From a virus (Duplodnaviria; Caudoviricetes), in the IMG/VR virus record IMGVR_UViG_3300028594_000069, positions 1 to 46,850 of that record: a DNA stretch of 46,850 nucleotides. One strand, given 5' to 3'. The notes beneath the pieces were generated by a model that was given only the letters and a program-made list of their open reading frames with translations, searched no databases and was not told the DNA's origin. Positions 36,254 to 45,644 of the stretch are shown here, piece after piece. The translations under genes were made by a program, and so were the position numbers. Numbering within the stretch: the first letter of the stretch is position 1; each line of letters begins with the position of its first letter.

Positions 36254-37713
36254 CGAATAGAATGTTATTTAACGGATTGGACTTAACGCTTTATATGACG
36301 ATCAACCGAATTGAAGGGCGTGGGATTTCTCCGAGTGAGATTTCCACGCTAGAAATTCCGGGCATGGACGGGGCTTATTACTCTAGTAAGCGACGTCCAG
36401 TCCGAAACCTAACCGTGTCGTACACGATTGTTTCGGAAAATGCCGAGGAGTTAAGGCGAAAGATTAACGAACTTAATGCGTTCTTTGACGTAGAAGAGCC
36501 GGCTCCTATCGAATTTGAGGACGAACCCGGAATTACTTATTTCGGAATACCTCAAGAAACAACTGAAAGCGGAGAGTTTGTTACGTACCAACAAGGTTCG
36601 ATCACCTTCCTATGCGTTGATCCGTATAAGTACGGAGAGGAGAAAGTAGCGGTATTTCCTTCGGACAGCGTAAGGCTTACGAACGAAGGGTCGGCAAGCA
36701 CGCGTCCGATTCTTGAAATGGAAGTTTTAGCTCCGATTACTTTCGCAATGATACAGAACCATGCCGAACAATATCAGATGATCGGGCAGCCAGTTGACGA
36801 AGAAGGTTTAGAAGAGGTAGTAGATACGAAAGTGAGCGTCTTAAAAGAAGACGGTAGCAACTTAGATTCGTGGCACTTCGCAAACCCAGATTCAGTTGAC
36901 ACTCGATTTAATGATCTCTCCGGAGACATAACGACTGATGGCGCAGGAATTCGAGCGAACGGTTACGGAACAGGCGATAGAATGCACGGGCCAGCAGTTA
37001 CGAAGGAATTATCTAGTTCGATACAAGACTTCGAGATTGTTTCTACTTTCGACATTATTTCTCGAAGGGATATCGAGAACTGGCGTATGGAAATTTATTT
37101 TCACGACGAACACATGAACATGCTCGGAAAGCTGGGCGTCAAAGACAACCGCAGGAACTATAAACGGAGGCATGGTTTAGGTCGTGTCGGACATTATCGC
37201 GGGAGTAGTCTTAGCGATGGGTACGCGATAGGCTCTCGAAACTATTTAAACGATAATGCGAGAGATACAACGCTCATGTATTTTCGGGTTCGAAGGGAAG
37301 GACAACGCTATGAGTTTTATATAGCAGAGTGGCATAATTTACGGCATAGAAAAGCCTTAACGGCATCTTATAACGACACAAATAACGAATTCCAAGGACG
37401 TTTAAAATACATTACGTTATTTATCGGAAAGTACCAAGACCGTCCAAATCCGTCGAGACTACGGATTAATAACGTAGAGGTCTTCGAACTCAGTACGATT
37501 ACAGAAGATCAGACGCCTTACATCGCGTATCCGGGCGATATAATTACGTTCGACCACGGTACGAAAGAGTTATTAATAAACGGAGAAGATCGGTCTGACT
37601 TAAAGGATTTTGGAGGCGAATATTTCGACTTGAGAACGGGAGAAAATCAATTGATTGTACACCCTAGCGACGCATTAGCAACGCAAGCACGATATAGAGA
37701 ACGATTCAAGTAA
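36250..37713 (+). CDS. Distal tail protein (evolved Dit with insertion)
   Basis: IPGMDGAYY, FEDEPG, FLCVDPYKYG, YFDLRTGENQL. Confidence 0.85.
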   Translation: MTNRMLFNGLDLTLYMTINRIEGRGISPSEISTLEIPGMDGAYYSSKRRPVRNLTVSYTIVSENAEELRRKINELNAFFDVEEPAPIEFEDEPGITYFGIPQETTESGEFVTYQQGSITFLCVDPYKYGEEKVAVFPSDSVRLTNEGSASTRPILEMEVLAPITFAMIQNHAEQYQMIGQPVDEEGLEEVVDTKVSVLKEDGSNLDSWHFANPDSVDTRFNDLSGDITTDGAGIRANGYGTGDRMHGPAVTKELSSSIQDFEIVSTFDIISRRDIENWRMEIYFHDEHMNMLGKLGVKDNRRNYKRRHGLGRVGHYRGSSLSDGYAIGSRNYLNDNARDTTLMYFRVRREGQRYEFYIAEWHNLRHRKALTASYNDTNNEFQGRLKYITLFIGKYQDRPNPSRLRINNVEVFELSTITEDQTPYIAYPGDIITFDHGTKELLINGEDRSDLKDFGGEYFDLRTGENQLIVHPSDALATQARYRERFK

Positions 37714-37748
37714 GAATAAATTCGAAGGAAAGGAGGTTCTTATCGTAA

Positions 37749-40700
37749 ATGATTCATATAACAGATGCGAAAACTGACGTAATACAAGCGGTAATCACCG
37801 AAGAAAATGTATTAGAAGACGTTCACAGGCAGTCTTTAGAAGACACGCTGGAAACGTTCGACTTTACGGTATTTGGCGTGGAAGATTTTATTCCGTTGCT
37901 TGAAAAGAGGAACCGAGTAATTATTCCGGACGAAGACTTCGGATACCGAGAGTTCATTATTGAGGAAACGATCAAGTACCGAGATGGAGACGAAATATTC
38001 GTAGAGGTTTATTCAGTCGCAAGTTATCTCGAATTAAAGAAAGCGAGAGTTATCGAACCTCAAGTCCTTAGGGAATATAACGTATCGGCTGCGACGGCCT
38101 TCGCGCTACGGGATTCGGAATGGAGAGTAGGCGTTATCGAAAAGGATAATTACCGAACTTTCCGTATCGAGACTTACCGAAACCCATACGCCTTCTTAAA
38201 AACGATTGCTAGTACGTTCGACCTCGAATTGAGATTCCGCGTAGAAACAGACGGAAAAAAGGTTACGGATAGATTCGTTGACCTCGTAGAACAGGTCGGA
38301 GAATGGCGCGGGAGAGAAATCGAATTTGGTAGCGATCTTCTCGGAATTGAGCGTATCGAAAACACCGAAGATATTGTCACGGCATTGCATGGAATCGGGC
38401 CGGAACGTGAGGACGGATCAAGGATCGAAGTAGTTGTCGAGGACGAGGACGCTCTACAACGATGGGGACGAGAAGACAAAGTTACCGGAAATTTACGCCA
38501 TTTAATCGAGACGTACGAACCTACGTCAGAACGTTCGGAAATGACGGAAGAAGAATTACGCCAATATACTCGTACGGCTCTTAATAACCGGATCAATGAA
38601 ATAGTAACCTATACGGCAGATATAGCTGACCTCGAACACGTTCCGGGCTTATCGAACAAGAAAATACGTTTCGGAGACACGTTGAAGATTAAGGATACAG
38701 CGTTTAATCCTCCGTTATATTTAGAGGCGCGCGTATTCGAGCAAGAGCGTAGCATATTCGGCCAAGAAGAAAAACGTATCAAACTCGGAGATTTCACGGA
38801 ATATACCGAGGAAGAAGTACAGTCGATATGGCAATCGCTTCAAAACCAAATCCGAGCAAAGATAAGCTGGGAAGACGCCACACAAGCGATCTATCTTAAA
38901 GAAGAAGTAGACGCCAAGACTGAGCCGGGAATTGAGGCGAAAGAAAAGCTCGACCGTGACGTAGGAGAAGCCGTTGTTGAGTCAACGACAGGAGCGCAAG
39001 ATAAGGCGGACTCTTCTGCCGAAGCAGCAAAGAACGAAGCCATCGAACATACCGACGGAATTGCCGAGCTATTGGACGGAAGGATTAATGACGTTCAAGT
39101 TTCTGCGGATAGTAAGAATACGATTTACCGAGGAGAAGTCGAGCCTTCCTTGGCGCACGTTGACGACCTTTGGTACAAGCCGACAGAAAACGGCGAAACG
39201 GAAATGTATCAGTACGTCGAGCGCGAAGATGGATCAACCGGCTGGGAGAACGTATTTAATACGGAAGAAGTTTCGAACCTTGAGGACGAAGTTTCTAATG
39301 CTCGCGAGTATACCGACGAAGAGGTTGCCGCCGTACGTTCGGCGCTGCAAGGCGAACTAAGCGATCAGATTGGCGATGTTAACGCAGAAATCTCCGGACT
39401 GGAAGACGTTCAATCCGATTTAACCGGGCGCGTGAGTGCTGCCGAAGGATTGCTCGATAGCCATGACGGAAAGTTTTCCGATTATGACGTAAAGTTCAAC
39501 GAGATCGACGGCGAATTAACGGCTCATTTCGAAGAGATGGAGCGTTTAGAAGACGGCATTCAAGCGAACTCTACGGAGATTGAGACGACGGCTGAAGGGA
39601 TTAACGCGACGATTGACGATTTTAGGGCGGAGTATGACGACGATAAAACAGATATTTTATCGAGCATTTCTAGTAACGAATCGGAAATTACCGCGATGGC
39701 TGACGAGATTAGTGCGAGGGTTACGAGAGATGAATTTGAGAACCTTGAGATTGGCGGAAACAACTTGGCTTCGCTGGATAGTCTTGGGACGTGGGAGACA
39801 CCTTGGATAAGAGATGGATATGTATTTCAGTTGAGACCAAGCGAAATAGGAAGGTCGGGTATAAGAATAGATAGCAGCATCTTCGAAGAGGGAAAGCATT
39901 ATGTTCTTTCTTATAAAATGAAGAAGATAAGCGGCGAAATTACCTCTATCGGAGGGCACAACGATATAGGTCGTCACACTAAAGGTTTGTTCATTGATGG
40001 TGAAAATGTTAGCTCAAGATATAGAGCCGATTATCCTAATGACGACAAAACACATGAGATTGAATATTACTTTGAAGTAGTTGATTTGTCTGCCTCCGAT
40101 CCTGACCTTTATATTCAACCTAATCGCGGTTATTATGTTTATGAGTACGAGGCTGACATTTGGGACGTTCAAGTTGAGGAAGGTAATAAGAAGACAAAAT
40201 GGAATCCTTCTTACAAAGACACGCAATCACAAATTGATTCGGCAGTAAGTCGCATCACCTCCACCGAAGCAACTCTCGATATTCACGCAGACGCAATCGA
40301 AGCACGAGTACACCAAGACGAGTTAGAAAATTACGTTGACAAGCAAGTTTATAACGATAGAATGTCCGAATTAACCGTTGATATTGACGGAATAAGCAGT
40401 GACGTAAGTAGCTTACAAACGGAAGTAGATAACGCAACTGATGAAATAACTTCCGTACAATCTTTCGCTTCTTCTATCGATCAAAAAGCGGATCAAATAT
40501 CGTCTAATGTTACATCTTTGAGTGACGACTTGGATACGACCAATAGAAATGTTTCTAATATCGACCAGAAAGCCGACAGTATTCAAAGTACGGTTAGTGC
40601 GATTGAAACGGACGTTAGTGGACTGGAAAGTGATATGTCTGCTGTTCAAACGGATATATCTCAAATGCCGGATCAAATTAGCCTAGCTGTTAGTGAAGGT

Positions 40701-42572
40701 ATTGAAGGGATAGATGTTGGTGGGCGGAATTTACTTAACTCTGACACGTTGTCGGGTTGGAGCAGTGGTTACGATAGACAAGGCGATGTATTTTATTTAG
40801 AAGGTACTAATGCAGGAATAAGAATATTGCCCGCAACATTTGAAAAATTTACCGACTATGTTATGTCCTTTAAAATAAGAAAAACTAGCGGAACAATAAA
40901 GAATATTGCGGGGCACGCAACCGGATTTGTTACCAATAAGGTTTTAATAGACGGAGAAGAGACAGGTGATTCGTGGAGTGGTGGAGGCAATAACCCTTAT
41001 CCTGACGACGAAGAAACTCATACTGTCGAAGTGTATATAAGATGGAATGACAGCGATCAAACGGGGCTATACATTCAACCCAACAGGGCTTCATACAACG
41101 ATGATTATACAGCTGAAATATGGGATTTGCAGTTAGAAAAAGGAAACAAACGAACAGACTGGACTCCAGCCCCCGAGGATCAAGTCAATAAAACTAATGT
41201 TTTATCGAGTATTAACCTATCGACCGAAGGCGTCCGTATAGCCGGCGATAAGCTCGAACTTGACGGAGATGTAAACGTAACTGGCTCGTTCAAAGTAGGC
41301 GACGCCAACATCGACTCCCTTAGCGCGGACAAACTCACGGTCGGCTCCACGCTCGACGCACAAGAAGTACGCATAATCAACATGGACGCAAGCAATATCG
41401 TAACTGGCGAACTCGACGCATTGGACGTAACGATTAAAAACTTGACGGCAAATGACGTTAACTTTACCGGACATGTTTTCGGTGGAGATGCGACGTTTGA
41501 AGGAAGAGTTCGAGGTGGTTCGATAGAACAGTTCGGGGACGAAGGATCAATAACGATTGATAATAACGGATTCCGTTTCGAAACAGAAGACGGAAGTATT
41601 GAAATGGATACGAATGAGGTTGTCGGTACCGCGGCTTCCAGCTCAGCGTCACTTATTTTCGAGGCTTCGGGAAATTACGGCAGAATGGAAATTCTCCAAG
41701 ATCAAGCGAATTCCGTAATAAATTCGGATTCAACTATGACTATTCGAGCGGGGTTATTAAACCTTTATTCTTCATCTACTACGTATATCTCAGGCGATTT
41801 AAGTATGAACAACGGAGATTTAACTGTAGGCAACGGAGATATATCAAGCGGATCGCAAATAACCTCTACTCGGTCAAGTATTTCTGGAGGTTTTTCAGCG
41901 GCGCACAACGAGGAGGCCGCTACACAAGATCGAATTCACGTATTAACAGCGCACAATACGAGAGGTTATATGGTCGTATATCCGCAAAGGTACACCGGCG
42001 AGGACGTATTCAGAATTCGATCTCACCACGAAAAAGGTGATTATCGCAACGATTTCCGAATAGACGAAAACCGATATATCAGAGCGCCGGGAATATATTA
42101 TAGTACGACTACTAACTCGGCAAACTTACGTGTAGGGACGTCAGCAGGTCGGATTACTCGGAATACTTCTCTTCGAAAGTATAAGTTAGACGTTGAATCG
42201 GCGAAAAATCCTTACCGAATATTAAACCTTGACGCTAGAACATGGTTTGATAAAGGAGATGTTGAACGTTTTGCCGAGGAGTTGGACAAGAAGGCAATAG
42301 GTGAGGATTACGACTTCGAGGACGTAGAGCATATTAAACGAATCGGAGGTTTAATTGCCGAAGAAGTCGTAGAAGCTGGGCTGGAAACTTATGCGGAGTA
42401 TGACGAGGACGGAGAATTAGTCGGAGTTGCATACGACCGTATTTGGACATTACTCATTCCGATTGTTCGGGATCACCAACGAGAGATCGAAGACTTACGT
42501 ACGGAAAATCAGCTTTTATGGAACGAGATACAAATTATAAAGGAGCGTATTTCAAATGAAACAACAGGTTAA
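37749..42572 (+). CDS. Tal/tail spike with two CBM-like modules and C-terminal intramolecular chaperone (S74-like)
   Basis: N-terminal Tal domain, coiled coils, two GGxNL...EEGNK/EKGNK..W modules, TSLRKYK chaperone start, GLIAEEV, VAYDRI. Confidence 0.88.
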   Translation: MIHITDAKTDVIQAVITEENVLEDVHRQSLEDTLETFDFTVFGVEDFIPLLEKRNRVIIPDEDFGYREFIIEETIKYRDGDEIFVEVYSVASYLELKKARVIEPQVLREYNVSAATAFALRDSEWRVGVIEKDNYRTFRIETYRNPYAFLKTIASTFDLELRFRVETDGKKVTDRFVDLVEQVGEWRGREIEFGSDLLGIERIENTEDIVTALHGIGPEREDGSRIEVVVEDEDALQRWGREDKVTGNLRHLIETYEPTSERSEMTEEELRQYTRTALNNRINEIVTYTADIADLEHVPGLSNKKIRFGDTLKIKDTAFNPPLYLEARVFEQERSIFGQEEKRIKLGDFTEYTEEEVQSIWQSLQNQIRAKISWEDATQAIYLKEEVDAKTEPGIEAKEKLDRDVGEAVVESTTGAQDKADSSAEAAKNEAIEHTDGIAELLDGRINDVQVSADSKNTIYRGEVEPSLAHVDDLWYKPTENGETEMYQYVEREDGSTGWENVFNTEEVSNLEDEVSNAREYTDEEVAAVRSALQGELSDQIGDVNAEISGLEDVQSDLTGRVSAAEGLLDSHDGKFSDYDVKFNEIDGELTAHFEEMERLEDGIQANSTEIETTAEGINATIDDFRAEYDDDKTDILSSISSNESEITAMADEISARVTRDEFENLEIGGNNLASLDSLGTWETPWIRDGYVFQLRPSEIGRSGIRIDSSIFEEGKHYVLSYKMKKISGEITSIGGHNDIGRHTKGLFIDGENVSSRYRADYPNDDKTHEIEYYFEVVDLSASDPDLYIQPNRGYYVYEYEADIWDVQVEEGNKKTKWNPSYKDTQSQIDSAVSRITSTEATLDIHADAIEARVHQDELENYVDKQVYNDRMSELTVDIDGISSDVSSLQTEVDNATDEITSVQSFASSIDQKADQISSNVTSLSDDLDTTNRNVSNIDQKADSIQSTVSAIETDVSGLESDMSAVQTDISQMPDQISLAVSEGIEGIDVGGRNLLNSDTLSGWSSGYDRQGDVFYLEGTNAGIRILPATFEKFTDYVMSFKIRKTSGTIKNIAGHATGFVTNKVLIDGEETGDSWSGGGNNPYPDDEETHTVEVYIRWNDSDQTGLYIQPNRASYNDDYTAEIWDLQLEKGNKRTDWTPAPEDQVNKTNVLSSINLSTEGVRIAGDKLELDGDVNVTGSFKVGDANIDSLSADKLTVGSTLDAQEVRIINMDASNIVTGELDALDVTIKNLTANDVNFTGHVFGGDATFEGRVRGGSIEQFGDEGSITIDNNGFRFETEDGSIEMDTNEVVGTAASSSASLIFEASGNYGRMEILQDQANSVINSDSTMTIRAGLLNLYSSSTTYISGDLSMNNGDLTVGNGDISSGSQITSTRSSISGGFSAAHNEEAATQDRIHVLTAHNTRGYMVVYPQRYTGEDVFRIRSHHEKGDYRNDFRIDENRYIRAPGIYYSTTTNSANLRVGTSAGRITRNTSLRKYKLDVESAKNPYRILNLDARTWFDKGDVERFAEELDKKAIGEDYDFEDVEHIKRIGGLIAEEVVEAGLETYAEYDEDGELVGVAYDRIWTLLIPIVRDHQREIEDLRTENQLLWNEIQIIKERISNETTG
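39643..41213 (+). repeat. 26-bp direct repeats (22/26 identical) with TAAAA-N6-TTTTA core at 39643-39668 and 41188-41213
   Basis: ATAAAACAGATATTTTATCGAGCATT and ATAAAACTAATGTTTTATCGAGTATT, 1545 bp apart (in frame). Confidence 0.75.
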
Positions 42573-42762
42573 TATCAAGGTCGAGGACTTAGAACAGTAT
42601 TACTCGCAAAAGATCGCGGCTCTTGAAACTCAGTTGGCGAGAGAGCAAGCGGCTAAAAAGGCCGTAATTAGTTACGCCGAGGAATTAGAGGCGAAAGTTG
42701 ACGAACTAGAGGCGAAGGGCAACGGGGAATCTACAGAAATTATCGAAGGAGAGGAAGGTTAA
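42556..42762 (+). CDS. Small coiled-coil protein (tail-associated)
   Basis: RBS AAAGGAG, 68 aa. Confidence 0.7.
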   Translation: MKQQVNIKVEDLEQYYSQKIAALETQLAREQAAKKAVISYAEELEAKVDELEAKGNGESTEIIEGEEG

Positions 42763-43049
42763 TGTATATGGCTAAATATGTGTTTACCGAAACAAGCTCA
42801 CGAAACATTACGGAAGATGGCGAACAATTACGCGTGGTCAACTACCGAGGTAAGGACGATAAAAGTATTCCTAACACGGTATTAAACGTAGATGGAAGCT
42901 TTACGATGCCTATTGCGGATTACTTCATGGCGGGCGCCGAAGGAAGATTGTCCGAAGTTATTCGCGAGCATGTGGTCGAACGAATCACGGCTTCTGAGGA
43001 CGAAGCAGGCGGCGAAGGCGAAGCAGGCGGCGACAACGGAGCAACCTAA
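42762..43049 (+). CDS. Hypothetical protein
   Basis: TAATG coupling, RBS GAGGAAGG. Confidence 0.7.
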   Translation: MYMAKYVFTETSSRNITEDGEQLRVVNYRGKDDKSIPNTVLNVDGSFTMPIADYFMAGAEGRLSEVIREHVVERITASEDEAGGEGEAGGDNGAT

Positions 43050-43076
43050 CCGAATTAAAAAGGAGCGTAGGCTTTT

Positions 43077-43397
43077 ATGGACGAAAAAGAACGAAGCCAA
43101 GACGAAGAAAACCGGCAGATGATTACGGAAATCCGCGAATGGCTTGTCCGCATAGACACGAATCAGCAGCACCAAACGAAGCTCCTCGAAACATTAACGA
43201 CACAAGCGGACAACGCCTTCGAAAAGGCGGATCATGCCGAAAGCAAGGCGGAAGAAGCACTTAAACGGTCAATTCGAATAGAGTCGGATTTCAACGAGTA
43301 CGAAAAGGAGCAAGTAGCCGGTAGGCGTTGGACTATCGGAATTGCGGTTTCGTTATTCGTAGCGTTACTTCCGATATTTACGAACTTCTATCTTTAA
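43077..43397 (+). CDS. XhlA-like lysis-associated protein
   Basis: IREWLVRIDT coiled coil plus C-terminal TM (RRWTIGIAV). Confidence 0.7.
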   Translation: MDEKERSQDEENRQMITEIREWLVRIDTNQQHQTKLLETLTTQADNAFEKADHAESKAEEALKRSIRIESDFNEYEKEQVAGRRWTIGIAVSLFVALLPIFTNFYL

Positions 43398-43451
43398 GCG
43401 AAGTCGGACGAATTTGAACGAAATTAACCCACGAAAGGAGGTGCGTAAGAG

Positions 43452-43694
43452 ATGCGCTTTAAAAACTATGGACTATGGGTTGCGTTAGGTGCGCTAGTAG
43501 CGTTGCTTTTGAACGATATTTTCGGAATTGCCCCGGAAGTTACGAACCAATACGTTGACCTAATCCTCGCGGTACTGGTCGCAGCAGGGATCGTAATTAA
43601 CCCGAAAGACGGCAAAGGATACCGAGATAAGAGTAAACTGGACGAGAAGCAAGTCCGCAAGCAAAACGAACGGAAACGCGAAGCAGCAAAGTAA
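43452..43694 (+). CDS. Holin
   Basis: RFKNYGLWVAL, two TM helices, GIVINP..GKGYRD, basic tail, before endolysin. Confidence 0.85.
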   Translation: MRFKNYGLWVALGALVALLLNDIFGIAPEVTNQYVDLILAVLVAAGIVINPKDGKGYRDKSKLDEKQVRKQNERKREAAK

Positions 43695-43730
43695 TTTCGA
43701 ACAACTTAAGAAAGGAGCCGGAGATTATAA

Positions 43731-44927
43731 ATGGTGAAATCAGACGGAAGAACAATTGGAAAAACAATCGGCCTAGACTACGGCCACGGGAGCAATACGT
43801 TCCCGCCGGGCAAAGGCGTCTACAAGGACGGAGTAGGCTACGCAGAGCACGACTTTAACGCGAAGTTAGGGTTGGCGATCAAAGAACTACTGGAACATAA
43901 CGGCTTCGAAGTAGTCGAAGGACAAGGCGCATTTGAGCCGGAAGTCGGGCTAACAACCCGGACGAACCTATACAACCGAGAGAACGTCGATATTGTATTC
44001 TCCGTCCATGCGAACGCTGGAAACAATTCAGTGGACGGAAGATGCGCGTTCTATTGGCACACTTCCTCGAGCGGAAAGCGTTTGGCGGAATACGTAATCG
44101 ACGAAATCAAGGACGCAGGATATTCAACACACGGGAACGGTTTGCACGCGTCTCAGCCCGGAAGTTGGACGAACCTTCATATTACGAGAGAAACGAAAAT
44201 GCCTGCGGTTCTAGTCGAGCACGGCTTCATGACGAACGACTCCGACTTCGAATTTATCTTCGGAAGTAAGCAAGAAGAATATATCGAAGACATGGCGAGA
44301 GCAGACGTTAAGGCAATTTGTCGATATTTTGGCGTAAGCTTCAAGGACTTGGACGGGGCTGTATCGAAGGCAACTCCGAAAACAAAGGTAAAGTCTTCGG
44401 TAAGCAGTTCCGGAAAGTCGAGCGGGAAGTCAAGCGGGAAGTCAGTCACGCAAATGGCGAACGAAGTAATCGCAGGAAAGCACGGTTCCGGCCATGAGAA
44501 CCGTAGGAAATCACTCGGCATTTCTAAGTCGAAATATGAAAAAGTACGAGCAGAAGTCAACCGGAGGGCACGTGGCGGCTCTCCGAAGCCGAAGGCGAAC
44601 CTTACGGTAGATGGAAAGTGGGGCAAATCGACGACAGAAGCTTTGCAGAAAGCGTTGGGAACTCCGGAAGACGGAATCATTTCGAACCAATCTCGGAACT
44701 CCGTAACGGAAGCATTGTACGGAAATACTGTACGTTACGGCTCCGGCGGTTCAATGGTTATCGAAGCCTTGCAGAAGAAAGTAGGCGCAAAGGCAGACGG
44801 ATTGCTCGGGCCTGCTACGGTACGTGCGCTTCAATCGTACCTTGGCACTCCGGTAGATGGCGTGTTATCGCGACCGTCTATGGTTGTCGAAGAAATGCAG
44901 AAACAACTGAATGCAGGCACGTTTTAA
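43731..44927 (+). CDS. Endolysin: Amidase_3 N-acetylmuramoyl-L-alanine amidase with CW_7-like and peptidoglycan-binding repeats
   Basis: LDYGHG, AE, SVHANA, VLVEHGFM; MANEVIAGKHGSG; VDGKWG..T..ALQ repeats. Confidence 0.92.
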   Translation: MVKSDGRTIGKTIGLDYGHGSNTFPPGKGVYKDGVGYAEHDFNAKLGLAIKELLEHNGFEVVEGQGAFEPEVGLTTRTNLYNRENVDIVFSVHANAGNNSVDGRCAFYWHTSSSGKRLAEYVIDEIKDAGYSTHGNGLHASQPGSWTNLHITRETKMPAVLVEHGFMTNDSDFEFIFGSKQEEYIEDMARADVKAICRYFGVSFKDLDGAVSKATPKTKVKSSVSSSGKSSGKSSGKSVTQMANEVIAGKHGSGHENRRKSLGISKSKYEKVRAEVNRRARGGSPKPKANLTVDGKWGKSTTEALQKALGTPEDGIISNQSRNSVTEALYGNTVRYGSGGSMVIEALQKKVGAKADGLLGPATVRALQSYLGTPVDGVLSRPSMVVEEMQKQLNAGTF

Positions 44928-44960
44928 TTGAACGCCTCCTCTCGTTTCGGCGGGAGGGGA

Positions 44961-44989
44961 GTTACATATGTCACGGATTCTGATATAAT
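44961..44989 (+). promoter_or_regulatory. Extended -10 sigma-A promoter
   Basis: GTTACA-17-TATAAT with TG at 44981-44982. Confidence 0.55.
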
Positions 44990-45030
44990 AAAAGGAATTA
45001 AAGTATAGAAAAAGGGAGGTCAAAATCAGT

Positions 45031-45207
45031 ATGGGGAGACGGAGAGATTACGAAGATGCCCCCGAAAAAGAAAAACATATACTCGATAAAATATGGGAAT
45101 TTACTTCCGCAATCATAGGAATGACGTTTGTGTACGTATCCGGGTTTATTGTTCTTGCGTTTGTCGTATTGCTTGTTATCGACATAATTAAATCGGTTTT
45201 ATTTTAA
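45031..45207 (+). CDS. Small membrane protein (58 aa), moron-like, not in ORF track
   Basis: RBS AAGGGAGGT; MGRRRDYEDAPEKEK followed by a long hydrophobic segment. Confidence 0.7.
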   Translation: MGRRRDYEDAPEKEKHILDKIWEFTSAIIGMTFVYVSGFIVLAFVVLLVIDIIKSVLF

Positions 45208-45209
45208 GT

Positions 45210-45246
45210 GCGCGCTCCTTCGAAAAGGGAGTGCGCTCTTTTTTTT
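45210..45246 (+). terminator. Intrinsic terminator
   Basis: GCGCGCTCCTT-CGAA-AAGGGAGTGCGC followed by TCTTTTTTT. Confidence 0.8.
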
Positions 45247-45483
45247 CTACCCTTTTTCGGCTTCTCCTTCGTTCTCTTCTAACGTCAATATTTCGCGCAA
45301 GTCCGTAATCCCTAACGCGTTAGCAATTTTTACGATATGATCTATCGAAATCCTTTCGACATAACCTCGTGCTAGTGCGGAGATAGCCGCAGGGCGAACG
45401 TCCGCCATGTCCGATAATTCCTTTTGCGTTATTCCACGTTCTTCTAATAATTCTTTCACTCGGATTTTAAATTCGACTGCCAT
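45247..45483 (-). CDS. XRE/Cro-C1 HTH regulator
   Basis: VKELLEERGITQKELSDMADVRPAAISAL. Confidence 0.88.
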   Translation of the reverse strand: MAVEFKIRVKELLEERGITQKELSDMADVRPAAISALARGYVERISIDHIVKIANALGITDLREILTLEENEGEAEKG

Positions 45484-45522
45484 TCGTATTCTTTCCCTCC
45501 TTTCTCCGAACCTGTTTTCTCT

Positions 45523-45597
45523 ATTATAGCGTTAAAACGGAAATATGTAAAGCCGTACTTTTCTACGCTTGACTTATTTTACACTATCGTTTATTAT
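45523..45597. promoter_or_regulatory. Divergent sigma-A promoters (XRE leftward, Rep-like gene rightward)
   Basis: Minus TTTACA-17-TATAAT (45523-45551); plus TTGACT-17-TATTAT (45569-45597). Confidence 0.7.
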
Positions 45598-45644
45598 ATC
45601 GCTTAGACGTAAAGACATAATAGCATGTTTACGGAGGTGCGAAA

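Noticed and set aside
37749-42572. Diversity-generating retroelement target
   Set aside because: No reverse transcriptase; the duplicated modules are diverged throughout, not adenine-specifically
44177-44680. 167-aa antisense ORF and other shadow ORFs within large genes
   Set aside because: Fully overlap confident genes, lack RBSs, and are explained by codon bias
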